Part shown: piece after piece, positions 18,366 through 27,973 of the stretch | Layout of the letters: each line of letters begins with the position of its first letter | Numbering within the stretch: the stretch's first letter is position 1 | Assembly: GCF_049116455.1 (NCBI RefSeq) | Contig: NZ_JAGDYW010000006.1 | Span: 11,321 to 75,320 of the forward strand | Direction of reading: 5' to 3' | Origin: Cognatishimia sp. | GTDB lineage: Bacteria; Pseudomonadota; Alphaproteobacteria; Rhodobacterales; Rhodobacteraceae | DNA: 64,000 nucleotides | Program-made: the position numbers and the translations under genes | The notes under the pieces: model-generated | What the model saw: the letters and a program-made list of their open reading frames with translations, nothing else | The model's database searches: none | Told to the model about the DNA's origin: nothing

Positions 18366-18401
18366 CACATTGAAATATCCATTCGGACAGAGGAGGATAG
18401 A

Positions 18402-20330
18402 ATGGGACTAAACTTGAAAATGAGAGGGCTGCTCGGGTCAACCGTTGCAAGTCTTTGCATGGCGACAATGGCCATGGCGGAGGGCTATAAAGAGGCGCCG
18501 ATGCTTGCGGATATGGTTTCTGCGGGTTCGTTGCCACCGGTTGAGGAACGTCTGCCGTCTGAGCCACTGGTTTTGGAAACGCTGGACTCCATCGGTGAAT
18601 ATGGCGGCACGCTGCGCCGCGCTATTCTGGGTGGTGGTGATCAGCACAATATCGTGCGTTTGATTTCCAACGAGAACCTTGTGCGTTGGAGCGCGGATTG
18701 GGCGACAATCCATACCAATATCGCGGAAAGCTATGAAGTATCCGATGATGCGACCACCTTCACGTTCAACCTGCGGGAGGGCATGAAATGGTCTGATGGT
18801 GCGCCATTCACAGCGGACGACATCATGTTCTGGGCGGAGGTGTTTAACGACGAACGTCTAACCAAATCCCAGCATCCAAACTTTGTGGGTCCAAAAGGTC
18901 CTGTCGAAGTTACCAAGATTGACGACACTACGGTGGAATTCAAATTTGGTGCGCCTAATGGTCTGTTCCTACAGAACATGGCCTATGGTTTTGGCTACTA
19001 TGTGGTGAACTATCCAGCGCATTATCTGAAGCAGTTCCATGCGGACTATAACAGTGATGTGCAGGCGCTGGTTGACGCAGAACCTGCAGCCAACGACTGG
19101 GTGTCTTTGTTCAACCTGAAAGCAGGTCCGATGCACACGCCGCTGTTCTGGCAGAATGTGGATCGCCCGACGTTGCATCCCTGGCACCTGAGCACCGCAT
19201 ATGGTGCAAGCGACCGCGTTGTAGCGGAACGGAACCCATATTACTTCAAAGTTGATGGGGATGGCCAACAGCTGCCTTACATCGACCGCGTAACATGGGA
19301 TCAGGTCGAAGATCCTGAAAGTATTCTGCTGAAGGCATTCAACGGTGAGATCGACTATATGGCTCGCCACATTGGTCGCGCGTCCAACTTGGCGGCTTTG
19401 ACCGACAACAAAGACCGTGGTCAGTATGGTTTCTATCAAGTGGGTGACATCACTGCGAGCCAAGCGGCCTTGATGTTGAACCTGAACAATCCGGATCCTG
19501 CGAAAAACGCAATTGTAAACAATTTCGACTTCCGCAAGGCGCTGAGCCACGCGATTGATCGTCAAGAGATCATCGATCTGGTTTATCTAGGCGTAGGTCG
19601 TCCGGTGCAGACATCTCCGCACCCGCTGTCACCAGTCTTCAACGAAGAATGGTCAACGCAGCACACGGAATATAACACCGATATGGCAAATGCGCTGTTG
19701 GATGGTGTTGGTCTGGACAAACGTGACTCTGACGGCTTCCGTCTTGGTGCTGATGGGGAACGTTTCACACTGGTGTTCCTGGTCGCTGATGTCTTTGGCT
19801 TCCAATATCCAGATGTGATGGAAATCATCGCTGAGCAGGCCAAAGAAGTTGGCCTAGATATTCAGGTTCGCGCAACGGATCGTTCTCGTTTGCAAGAAGT
19901 TGCAGGCAGTGCAGAGCATGATGGCTATATCTGGAACTGCCCAGGTGGTCTGGTGGATGCCTATTCTAACCCGGATTGCTACTTGCCACGTCCAAACGTT
20001 GTTTACTGGGCGCCGAAGTGGGCAGCATGGGGTGCGGACCCAAGCACTGGTGAAGAGCCACCAGCACATATCAAAGCTTTGTTTGAAGCTTATAGCGGTG
20101 TGACATCCACTGCCGATCCAGTGGCACAAGAAGCTGCGTTGAAAAGCTTGATCGACCAAGCGACCAGCCAGCTTTTAACCATTGGTATTCGCCAGGTAGA
20201 TGGTGCCTTTGGTATCGCTCGCAACAACTTGCGCAACTATCCGGATCCAATGCCGATCGCTGGTCAGCTCTGGACACCGGCGCCGTACACAGCGCAGTAC
20301 TATTTCGAAGGCGGGGATAACCTGAAATAA
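18402..20330 (+). CDS. ABC transporter substrate-binding protein, family 5 (Opp/Dpp type), 642 aa
   Basis: It has a signal peptide (LLGSTVASLCMATMAMA) and family-5 SBP-like sequence. A strong RBS (GAGGAGGA) precedes the ATG. It is longer than typical ~530-aa members. Confidence 0.85.
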   Translation: MGLNLKMRGLLGSTVASLCMATMAMAEGYKEAPMLADMVSAGSLPPVEERLPSEPLVLETLDSIGEYGGTLRRAILGGGDQHNIVRLISNENLVRWSADWATIHTNIAESYEVSDDATTFTFNLREGMKWSDGAPFTADDIMFWAEVFNDERLTKSQHPNFVGPKGPVEVTKIDDTTVEFKFGAPNGLFLQNMAYGFGYYVVNYPAHYLKQFHADYNSDVQALVDAEPAANDWVSLFNLKAGPMHTPLFWQNVDRPTLHPWHLSTAYGASDRVVAERNPYYFKVDGDGQQLPYIDRVTWDQVEDPESILLKAFNGEIDYMARHIGRASNLAALTDNKDRGQYGFYQVGDITASQAALMLNLNNPDPAKNAIVNNFDFRKALSHAIDRQEIIDLVYLGVGRPVQTSPHPLSPVFNEEWSTQHTEYNTDMANALLDGVGLDKRDSDGFRLGADGERFTLVFLVADVFGFQYPDVMEIIAEQAKEVGLDIQVRATDRSRLQEVAGSAEHDGYIWNCPGGLVDAYSNPDCYLPRPNVVYWAPKWAAWGADPSTGEEPPAHIKALFEAYSGVTSTADPVAQEAALKSLIDQATSQLLTIGIRQVDGAFGIARNNLRNYPDPMPIAGQLWTPAPYTAQYYFEGGDNLK

Positions 20331-20386
20331 TCGCTCTTTGAAAAAAGCCATGCTTTCTTTCTTCCAAGTTGGCATGACTTAACCAA

Positions 20387-20423
20387 GTGGAGCTGCCCCA
20401 AACCTCCCCGGTGGCAGCTCCAC
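20387..20423 (+). promoter_or_regulatory. Intercistronic hairpin after the SBP gene
   Basis: GTGGAGCTGCC (20387-20397) and GGCAGCTCCAC (20413-20423) form a perfect 11-bp stem with a 15-nt loop and no U tract. Confidence 0.55.
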
Positions 20424-20449
20424 ACCTACTTTGAATAAGGCCTGGACTG

Positions 20450-21433
20450 ATGCTCAGTTTCATCTACCGCCGATTGCTCTATATGATCCCGACCGTCTTT
20501 TTGGTCTCGATTGTGACCTTTGCAATCATCCAACTTCCACCTGGTGACTACCTTGATACCCTTGCCGCAGAGCTCAATGACTCTGGTGGTTTGGATGAGG
20601 GCACCATGCAAGCGTTGCGCGACCAATATGGTCTCGGACAGCCAATGTATGTTCAATATTACAAGTGGATGACCGGCATATTGTTTGAGGGCAATTTCGG
20701 TATCTCGTTTGAAAAGAACTTACCCGTGAATGATCTGATTTGGGATCGATTGGGGTGGACCTTTGGTATCTCATTGATGACGCTGGCCTTCATCTGGATG
20801 ACAGCGCTGCCGATTGGGATCTATTCCGCGGTCCGCAAGTATTCTATTGGCGACTATATCGCGACCTTCTTTGGCTTTATCGGCCTTGCGATCCCGAACT
20901 TCCTGCTGGCGCTGGTGATGATGTATGTGGCCTTTAAGTATTTCGGCCAAAGTGTCGGTGGCTTGGTGAGCCCTGAATATTTGGACCAACCCTGGACGCT
21001 GGATAAGGTCGGCAATCTTATGGGCCGGATCTGGATGCCGATTGTTGTTGTTGGAACATCCGGTGCCGCCGCTTTGATCCGCATCATGCGCGCCAATCTT
21101 CTGGACGAGCTGTATCGCCCCTATGTGGTAACTGCACGCGCAAAAGGCATGAGTGAGTTCAGCCTGTTGCTGCGCTATCCCGTCCGTGTCGCGTTGAACC
21201 CGTTCATTTCAACCATCGGGTGGATCCTGCCGACATTGGTTTCAGGAGAAATCATTGTTGCGGTGGTCATGAACCTGCCCACAACCGGACCTTTGCTGCT
21301 GCGCGCGCTTTTGGTGCAAGACATGTACCTTGCTGGTTCGCTGATTTTCATCGTTTCCATCCTGACCGTTTTAGGCACCTTGCTGTCGGACGTGTTGCTG
21401 GCGTGGATTGACCCGAGGATTCGTTACCAATGA
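20450..21433 (+). CDS. ABC transporter permease (DppB/OppB-like)
   Basis: A 327-aa protein with the N-terminus MLSFIYRRLLYMIPTVFLVSIVTFAIIQLPPGD, typical of this family, and multiple TM helices. Confidence 0.9.
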   Translation: MLSFIYRRLLYMIPTVFLVSIVTFAIIQLPPGDYLDTLAAELNDSGGLDEGTMQALRDQYGLGQPMYVQYYKWMTGILFEGNFGISFEKNLPVNDLIWDRLGWTFGISLMTLAFIWMTALPIGIYSAVRKYSIGDYIATFFGFIGLAIPNFLLALVMMYVAFKYFGQSVGGLVSPEYLDQPWTLDKVGNLMGRIWMPIVVVGTSGAAALIRIMRANLLDELYRPYVVTARAKGMSEFSLLLRYPVRVALNPFISTIGWILPTLVSGEIIVAVVMNLPTTGPLLLRALLVQDMYLAGSLIFIVSILTVLGTLLSDVLLAWIDPRIRYQ

Positions 21434-22569
21434 CAACGCTTTCTTCAACCACGCCAATGCCGGATGAGACGGACGTGCCTAACGTTCTAAGCCCGCGGGC
21501 GCTAATGTGGCGTAAGTTCAAACGCCACAAGATTGCTTATCTCAGCCTCTGGCTGGTAGGCCTTATCTATCTGATGGCTTTGATTGGTCCATTTTTGGCA
21601 CCAGGCGACGCGGCAGATACAAATCGCCGCGCGATCTTCCAGCCACCGCAAGGCATCCACTTTATGGTGGATGATGCGGATGGGGGCCGTAGCTTTAAGC
21701 TGCACGCTAAGCAGATGAAAATGCAGATCGACCGTTCGACCATGCGGCGCAGCTATGCGGCAGACCCTGAAAAGATAATTCCGCTAGGATTTTTCGTGCG
21801 CGGTGCCGAATACGAAGTTTTGGGTCTGTTTAAATCGGATGTGCATCTATTTGGTCCGGTAAACGCAAAAGATAAGGTCTATTTCTTTGGCGCGGACCGT
21901 CTTGGTCGCGACATGATGAGCCGGATCATCATTGGCACTAAAGTGTCGATGTCGATTGGTCTGGTTGGGGTCGCCGTTTCACTGGTTGTTGGCGTGGCTC
22001 TTGGTGGGATCTCTGGTTTCTACGGCGGTTGGATCGACAATCTGATCCAGCGTCTGATTGAATTCCTGCGCTCTATTCCAACAATCCCATTGTGGATGGG
22101 ATTGGCCGCCGCGATCCCATTGGGATGGCCACCGTTGCGAACCTATTTCGTGGTCACCTTAATTGTCTCGATGATCGGCTGGACGTCACTGGCCCGCGAG
22201 GTGCGCGGTAAGTTTCTGGCGATGCGCGATGAAGATTTTATCATTGCCGCGCGGCTGGATGGGCTGACGGATTGGGAAGTTATTCGGAAACATATGGTGC
22301 CGAATTTCTCAAGCCACATCATTGCCTCGCTAACATTGGCTGTTCCTCTGATGATCCTTGCGGAAACCTCGCTGAGCTTTCTTGGCATTGGCCTGCAACC
22401 ACCGATTATCTCGTGGGGTACTTTGTTGAAAGAAGCACAGAACATCCGCTCGATTGTTGAAGCTCCGTGGCTGTTGATTGCGCCAGGTGCGATGATTGTG
22501 GTCGCGGTTCTGACACTTAACTTCCTAGGGGACGGCCTCCGTGATGCCGCAGATCCAAATGCACATTGA
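21430..22569 (+). CDS. ABC transporter permease (DppC/OppC-like, with N-terminal extension)
   Basis: A 379-aa protein. Its ATGA overlaps the upstream gene. The C-terminus LNFLGDGLRDAADP is typical of OppC. Confidence 0.9.
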   Translation: MTTLSSTTPMPDETDVPNVLSPRALMWRKFKRHKIAYLSLWLVGLIYLMALIGPFLAPGDAADTNRRAIFQPPQGIHFMVDDADGGRSFKLHAKQMKMQIDRSTMRRSYAADPEKIIPLGFFVRGAEYEVLGLFKSDVHLFGPVNAKDKVYFFGADRLGRDMMSRIIIGTKVSMSIGLVGVAVSLVVGVALGGISGFYGGWIDNLIQRLIEFLRSIPTIPLWMGLAAAIPLGWPPLRTYFVVTLIVSMIGWTSLAREVRGKFLAMRDEDFIIAARLDGLTDWEVIRKHMVPNFSSHIIASLTLAVPLMILAETSLSFLGIGLQPPIISWGTLLKEAQNIRSIVEAPWLLIAPGAMIVVAVLTLNFLGDGLRDAADPNAH

Positions 22570-24316
22570 TCCGAAAACAGACTTGAACAAGCCGCTTGTC
22601 GAAATTCGCGGTTTAAAGACCGAGTTCTTTACCGAAGATGGCGTGGTCACCGCCGTTGATGGTGTGGATCTGGATGTGATGGCGAACCGCACCATGGTTG
22701 TGTTGGGACAAAGTGGGTCTGGGAAATCGATTATGGCGCGGTCAATTCTGCGTATCGTCGACAAGCCTGGCAAGATCACCGAAGGCTCGATCATCTACAA
22801 TCATGCGGATGGTCGATCTCTGGACTTGGCCAAACCAAGGGCAGGGGCGCCAGAGGTGCGTGAGATCCGCGGTAAAGATATATCGATGATCTTTCAGGAA
22901 CCGATGTCATCCCTCGGGCCGATCACCAAAATTGGCAAACAGATTGTCGAAACGATTTTGTTGCATCGGAATGTGACCAAGGTCGAGGCGAAAGAAGCGG
23001 CAATTGATCTGTTGGATCGCGTCGGAATTCCGCGTCCAGCAGAGCGGTTTGAAGCCTATCCGTTTGAGCTGTCGGGCGGGATGCGTCAGCGGGCGATGAT
23101 CGCGATGGCCTTGTCATGCGAGCCACGCTTGTTGATTGCAGATGAACCAAGCACAGCCTTGGATGTCACAACACAGGCTCAGATTCTGGACCTGATCGCT
23201 GAGCTGAAGGAAGAGCGTCAGATGGGGGTCATGTTGATCACCCACGACATGGGCGTTGCGGCACAGGTGGCTGAGGATATCGTGGTAATGTACCACGGTA
23301 AAATTGTAGAAAAGAACGATGTTTATTCGATCTTTGATGCCCCAAAGCATCCGTATACGCGCGCGCTTTTGGCCTCTGTTCCCAAACTAGGCGGACAACG
23401 TGTGCACCGCTTGCCAGACATCAAGGAGTTGCTGGCAAACCCAGACAACCCACCAGAATTAATCCCCGCCAAGCCACGACCACCTGCGGGCGAACCGGTT
23501 ATCAAGGTGCGCAATGTAAATGTGGAGTTCCCAGTTGGCGGCGGTGTTTTCAGCAAACCGACTGGCGTGATTCAAGCGGTCAACAACGTCTCGTTTGACG
23601 TATATCGCGGCGAGACCTTCGGCATCGTTGGCGAAAGCGGGTCGGGAAAATCGACCCTAAGTCGGGCCATTATGGGCATCCGTCCCCCAACCTCTGGTTC
23701 CATCGAGTTTCTGCGCAAAGATAAGCCCGCAGCGGAAATAAGCACGGCAGGCAAAGCCGAGATGCGCGATATCTGGCGGGATATGCGCATGGTTTTTCAA
23801 GACCCGCAATCGTCGCTTAATCCGAAACTGCGCGTGATCGATCTGATCGGACAATGTATTGAAAAAGCCGAAGGCCTGGGCCGTAAAGACCTGTCTGAGC
23901 GTGTGGCCAAGCTGCTGGTTCAGGTCGGGTTAAGCCCCGAGTTTCTGCTGCGCCATCCAAATGCGTTTTCCGGGGGGCAGCGTCAGCGCCTTGGTGTGGC
24001 GCGTGCGCTGGCGACCAAGCCAGAGCTGGTGATTGCCGACGAAGCGGTTTCAGCGCTAGATGTGCCGATCCAAGCGCAGGTTCTAAACCTGTTGCAGGAT
24101 CTGCAGGAAGAGTTCGCACTGACCTATATCTTTATCTCACACGATTTGGCCGTTGTGGATCACATATGTGATCGTGTGGCGGTGATGTATAAAGGGGAAA
24201 TGGTCGAATTGCTCACCCGCGAAGAGTTGGCGGCAGGGCCAAAACACCCCTATACAAAATCGCTGCTGTCTGCGGTTCCAATTCCAGATCCGCATCAAAG
24301 GGAACGGGCCAGTTAA
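22541..24316 (+). CDS. Fused double ATP-binding protein of the Opp/Dpp-type ABC transporter (DppD-DppF fusion)
   Basis: A 591-aa protein with two Walker A motifs (GQSGSGKS, GESGSGKS), two signature motifs (LSGGMRQR, FSGGQRQR) and two Walker B motifs (LLIADEP, LVIADEA). The start is ambiguous (GTG 22541, ATG 22544 or ATG 22559). Confidence 0.9.
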   Translation: MMPQIQMHIDPKTDLNKPLVEIRGLKTEFFTEDGVVTAVDGVDLDVMANRTMVVLGQSGSGKSIMARSILRIVDKPGKITEGSIIYNHADGRSLDLAKPRAGAPEVREIRGKDISMIFQEPMSSLGPITKIGKQIVETILLHRNVTKVEAKEAAIDLLDRVGIPRPAERFEAYPFELSGGMRQRAMIAMALSCEPRLLIADEPSTALDVTTQAQILDLIAELKEERQMGVMLITHDMGVAAQVAEDIVVMYHGKIVEKNDVYSIFDAPKHPYTRALLASVPKLGGQRVHRLPDIKELLANPDNPPELIPAKPRPPAGEPVIKVRNVNVEFPVGGGVFSKPTGVIQAVNNVSFDVYRGETFGIVGESGSGKSTLSRAIMGIRPPTSGSIEFLRKDKPAAEISTAGKAEMRDIWRDMRMVFQDPQSSLNPKLRVIDLIGQCIEKAEGLGRKDLSERVAKLLVQVGLSPEFLLRHPNAFSGGQRQRLGVARALATKPELVIADEAVSALDVPIQAQVLNLLQDLQEEFALTYIFISHDLAVVDHICDRVAVMYKGEMVELLTREELAAGPKHPYTKSLLSAVPIPDPHQRERAS

Positions 24317-24338
24317 AGCATCAAAATTGCATCAATAA

Positions 24339-24370
24339 AGAGCGGGTCCAACTAGGCCCGCTCTTTTGCT
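24339..24370. terminator. Bidirectional rho-independent terminator between convergent genes
   Basis: AGAGCGGG (24339-24346) pairs with CCCGCTCT (24357-24364). It is followed by TTTTGCTTT on the + strand and preceded by an A-rich run. Confidence 0.7.
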
Positions 24371-25291
24371 TTAGTCAGGGATAATGGCGCCGGGGTAGGT
24401 GATGACCTTTGCAGCAAGGTTATGGCCAGCTTCCATTTGATGCTGTGTGGATTGACCTTGAATATAGGCTGCCAGGTAGCCCGCATTGAAGCTGTCACCA
24501 GCAGCTGTGCTGTCGATGACTTTTTCCACGGAATTTAGGTTTTCAGCTACCACGTTCCCAGCCAGATCAAGCGGTCCTTCTGCGCCGCGTTTCAATGCGC
24601 CGGTTGAAACCCCAAAGCTGTCCAGCCGGTCTAGGACGGCGCTTTCCGTGTCATCACCAAACAGTTCCATTTCGTCATCAATGGAGGGCAAGGAAATATC
24701 TGATAGTTTCCACATTTGTGTGTTCACTGCCTGGGCGGTGGCTTGGCTGTCCCAGAGGCGGGGGCGATAGTTGCTGTCATAGGCAAAGGTGCCGCCACCT
24801 GCGCGAAACGTTGCAATGAAATCGATCAATTGCGCCCGGATGGCAGGTGATAAAATCGCCATGGAAATACCGGAAAGATAAATCAGGTCAAACTGAGCCA
24901 GTTTATCAAACGTCACTTCGCACGGAGCTTGAAAAAGCGTGCGTACGGCGGCATCGGACCGCCAATATGTGAAGCTGCGTTCGCCTTCATCGTCGGTATC
25001 AACCGCATATAGGCCAGGGATTTTATCCGCCCGTGTTTCGATGCAGGAGGTGTCGAGCCCATAGCCTGTTAGCTCGGCGCGAATGGTCTCGGAATAAGGA
25101 TCGGTGCCAAGGGCTGTGCAATATGAAACGGTGACGTCGGCGTCTTTCAAGGCGCGTTTCATATAGACGGCCGTGTTGTAAGTATCGCCAGCAACACCCT
25201 GAGCGATGTTGCCATCCCGGCCGTTGACAAGTTCGATCATGACCTCCCCCATGCAACATATGGATTGGATTGGGCGTCTGATGGCGTTCAT
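24371..25291 (-). CDS. kdgK: PfkB-family sugar kinase, 2-dehydro-3-deoxygluconokinase-like
   Basis: A 306-aa protein with a KdgK-like N-terminus (ICCMGEVMIELV), the motif GDTYNTAVY, and the C-terminal PfkB motif DSTAAGDSFNAGYLA. Its start abuts the stop of the upstream GntR gene. Confidence 0.8.
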   Translation of the reverse strand: MNAIRRPIQSICCMGEVMIELVNGRDGNIAQGVAGDTYNTAVYMKRALKDADVTVSYCTALGTDPYSETIRAELTGYGLDTSCIETRADKIPGLYAVDTDDEGERSFTYWRSDAAVRTLFQAPCEVTFDKLAQFDLIYLSGISMAILSPAIRAQLIDFIATFRAGGGTFAYDSNYRPRLWDSQATAQAVNTQMWKLSDISLPSIDDEMELFGDDTESAVLDRLDSFGVSTGALKRGAEGPLDLAGNVVAENLNSVEKVIDSTAAGDSFNAGYLAAYIQGQSTQHQMEAGHNLAAKVITYPGAIIPD

Positions 25292-26029
25292 TTAAAGTTC
25301 TCCAAAGGTCTTTCGAACCTGTTCCCAGGCGTTTTTCAAATGAGTGCGCAAGGCGGCTTCGGCGGCGTCCGGATCGCGCATCAAAATCGCATCATAGATT
25401 TCGCGGTGTGACTCGTAGTTAGCCCGGTTGCGATCGGGCAGTCGTGGCATTTGCGACCATTGAGGCCCAAGCCAGTTGGTATAGGCCTTGTTGATTGCAG
25501 GCAAAACCGGGTTGCGCGGGATGCTGTAGAGCACCTTGTGAAACCCGATATCGGTTTCATAAAACGCGTCGCTGTCGTGGATCGCAGCCTCATTGGCAGC
25601 AAGGGCCTCTTTTAATGCGACGATGTCTTCCTTGGTGGCATTTTTCGCAGCTTCTCGAACCAGCGCAGCTTCGATGATAATACGCGTGTCAAAAAGATTA
25701 CGCACGCCACCTGGCTCGTGCAGCAGGTGGGTGACGATGCTTTCCAGCGCGTCAAACGCGGCGTCAAACCCCGGCTTGCGTACAACAGGACGATGCCGAG
25801 GGCGGGCTTCGATCAGACCTTTGTTGGACAGCGCGACCACAGCTTCGCGGACAACGGTTCGGCTAATGCCGAATTCTTCCATGAGATTGCGTTCTGGGGG
25901 CAGGGGCTGCCCATCAGGAAGTTCCCCGGTTTGGATTTTCTGCGCCAGTCGCTGCACCACCAAATCGGCGGCACGTCCCTTGTCATCTTGGCCTTGCAAT
26001 GCGCATTCCTTTCCATTGTTCCGGGTCAC
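25292..26029 (-). CDS. GntR-family transcriptional regulator (FadR/FCD subfamily)
   Basis: A 245-aa protein with wHTH (PPERNLMEEFGISRTVVREAVVALSNKGLIE) and an FCD-like C-terminal domain. It has a GTG start. Confidence 0.85.
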   Translation of the reverse strand: MTRNNGKECALQGQDDKGRAADLVVQRLAQKIQTGELPDGQPLPPERNLMEEFGISRTVVREAVVALSNKGLIEARPRHRPVVRKPGFDAAFDALESIVTHLLHEPGGVRNLFDTRIIIEAALVREAAKNATKEDIVALKEALAANEAAIHDSDAFYETDIGFHKVLYSIPRNPVLPAINKAYTNWLGPQWSQMPRLPDRNRANYESHREIYDAILMRDPDAAEAALRTHLKNAWEQVRKTFGEL

Positions 26030-26046
26030 GTTTTGACGTGACCCGG
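26021..26046. promoter_or_regulatory. Perfect 10-bp inverted repeat overlapping the GntR start codon
   Basis: CCGGGTCACG (26021-26030), spacer TTTTGA, then CGTGACCCGG (26037-26046). The GTG start is at 26029-26027. A third CCGTGACCC copy occurs at 26059-26067. Confidence 0.4.
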
Positions 26047-26096
26047 TTTGTGTTTAATCCGTGACCCTAGCTGAGTAAATCACGTTGGGTCAGGGG

Positions 26097-27719
26097 TTAT
26101 AACCGACCAAGTACCATATCGGCACAGCGGTCCCCCATCATCATGGCGGGGGCCTGCGTGTTGCCGGCGTTGATGTCTGGCATGGCGGATAGATCACACA
26201 CGCGTAACCCATCGACTCCTCGCACTCGCATCCGCGGGTCAAGCACAGCCATCGGGTCTCCATCTTTACCCATTTTTGCGGTGCCTGCCGGATGGTAATT
26301 GGTTTTCACGAAACGGCGGCAATAGGCGCGGATTTCATCATCAGAATCCTCGCCTGGTTTCGGCAGCATCACCTTGTCGATTCGTTCCGCAAGCGGCGTG
26401 GATTGGAAGGCCTTTAAGAAGAAACGCTGGCCTTCGACCATGGCATCCATGTCTTCTTTGGCTTTTAACAGATTTGGCGAGACAAGCGGCATGGCTTTAG
26501 GGTCGGCAGACGCAAGCTTGACCGTGCCGCGGGATTTAGGTTTCACAACTACGGTTGTGACTGTCAGCCCATAACCATCTTCGACGAGATGTTTTGTGTC
26601 GCGGTCCACATAGACGATCGGCACACAGAACGCTTGAATGGTTGGGTCTGCCTCTGGATCGGTTGGGTTCACAAATGCCCCCGCTTCGACACCGGCAGAC
26701 GTAATCGGGCCGCTGCCAAACAGCTTGAACTGAAGCCCATTTTTCAACATGCGCCAACCATCACCCTGTTTGTAATAGCCGCCTTTGCCTTTGATCCGTG
26801 CTGTGATTGGGACTTCTGGGTGATCCACAAGGTTTTCACCCACACCGGGCAGGTCCACTTTGCAATCGATACCAAATTCACCCAGATGATCTGCGGGGCC
26901 TATGCCCGAATGCATCAATATTTTTGGTGTGATCAGAGAGCCAGCTGACAAGATGACTTCGCCAGAGCATCGTGCAGTATGCACAATGCCTGATTTGTCC
27001 GCATAACGTACACCAACGGCCTTTCCGTTTTCGATGACGACGCTTTGGACTTCGGATTGCAGGCGGATTGTCAGGTTCGGGTTATCTTTCAATGGCTCAA
27101 TGTAAGCATAGGCCGATGAAGACCGGCGCCCATGCCGGTTCATAAATTGATAGAATCCAACACCACGCTGCTGAGCGCCATTGAAGTCAGCAGAGAACGG
27201 CTCTCCCATACCTTGAACTGCTTGCACGAAAAGACGCGATAGACTGTCGATATGACCGGGGTCTGACACCAAAAGTGGACCATGGGTGCCGTGACGGTCA
27301 TTGTGCAAACGATTGTTATCTTCCATGCCACGAAAATGAGGGAGAACGGCGTTCCAATCCCAGTCGACACCATCATTACTGCCGCGCAGCTCTTCGTGCC
27401 ATGCGTCGTAGTCTGATGGGCGGCCACGCATATAGACCTGGGCATTCACCGAAGAGCCTCCGCCCAAGACGTGGCCTTGCGGAATGTCATGGACGCGACC
27501 ACCCAGATGATCCTGTTCTACAGTTTTGTGGTACCTCATGAATTTGGTGCCATTGATCATTTTAAAAATGCCCGGCGGCATATCCAGGAGTGGGTGTTTG
27601 TTGGAATAGCCTGCTTCCAACAAAAGAACTTTATGTCCACCATCTGCGACCAAACGCGCGGCTGCGACGCAACCTGATGCGCCACCTCCTGCAACAATGT
27701 AATCAAATTCAACTGCCAT
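26097..27719 (-). CDS. GMC-family FAD-dependent oxidoreductase (choline/alcohol dehydrogenase-like)
   Basis: It carries the FAD motif DYIVAGGGASGCVAAARL and the GMC signatures GGSSVNAQVYMRG and NYHPAGTAKMG. ATG at 27719 is preceded by GGAGGAAG. The ORF-track start at 27746 is an extension. Confidence 0.88.
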   Translation of the reverse strand: MAVEFDYIVAGGGASGCVAAARLVADGGHKVLLLEAGYSNKHPLLDMPPGIFKMINGTKFMRYHKTVEQDHLGGRVHDIPQGHVLGGGSSVNAQVYMRGRPSDYDAWHEELRGSNDGVDWDWNAVLPHFRGMEDNNRLHNDRHGTHGPLLVSDPGHIDSLSRLFVQAVQGMGEPFSADFNGAQQRGVGFYQFMNRHGRRSSSAYAYIEPLKDNPNLTIRLQSEVQSVVIENGKAVGVRYADKSGIVHTARCSGEVILSAGSLITPKILMHSGIGPADHLGEFGIDCKVDLPGVGENLVDHPEVPITARIKGKGGYYKQGDGWRMLKNGLQFKLFGSGPITSAGVEAGAFVNPTDPEADPTIQAFCVPIVYVDRDTKHLVEDGYGLTVTTVVVKPKSRGTVKLASADPKAMPLVSPNLLKAKEDMDAMVEGQRFFLKAFQSTPLAERIDKVMLPKPGEDSDDEIRAYCRRFVKTNYHPAGTAKMGKDGDPMAVLDPRMRVRGVDGLRVCDLSAMPDINAGNTQAPAMMMGDRCADMVLGRL

Positions 27720-27948
27720 GTGTCTTCCTCCAGCTTGGCAATTCAAACAGCCTCATGTGGGATCGAATGCGTTTCAATCGTCATCGGCTCGCTTGATTCG
27801 CAGCTACCTCCCAATAGCTATTCGAATGCTGTCGCCGTCTATATGATCACACCAAAATAAACAAGAAGTACATCAAAAACCCGCGAATCCGCTGTTTTTT
27901 GAAAAATACCTTGACTGAATCGCTGATATGCGGAACAACATCATCTTG

Positions 27949-27963
27949 TTTGGTATGACCAAA
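27949..27963. promoter_or_regulatory. GntR/FadR-type operator-like palindrome
   Basis: TTTGGTATGACCAAA has 6-bp perfect arms. The core TGGT-N3-ACCA fits the FadR-subfamily t.GT.N.AC.a pattern. It lies 11 nt upstream of the aldehyde dehydrogenase start. Confidence 0.4.
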
Positions 27964-27973
27964 AGGGAAGATC

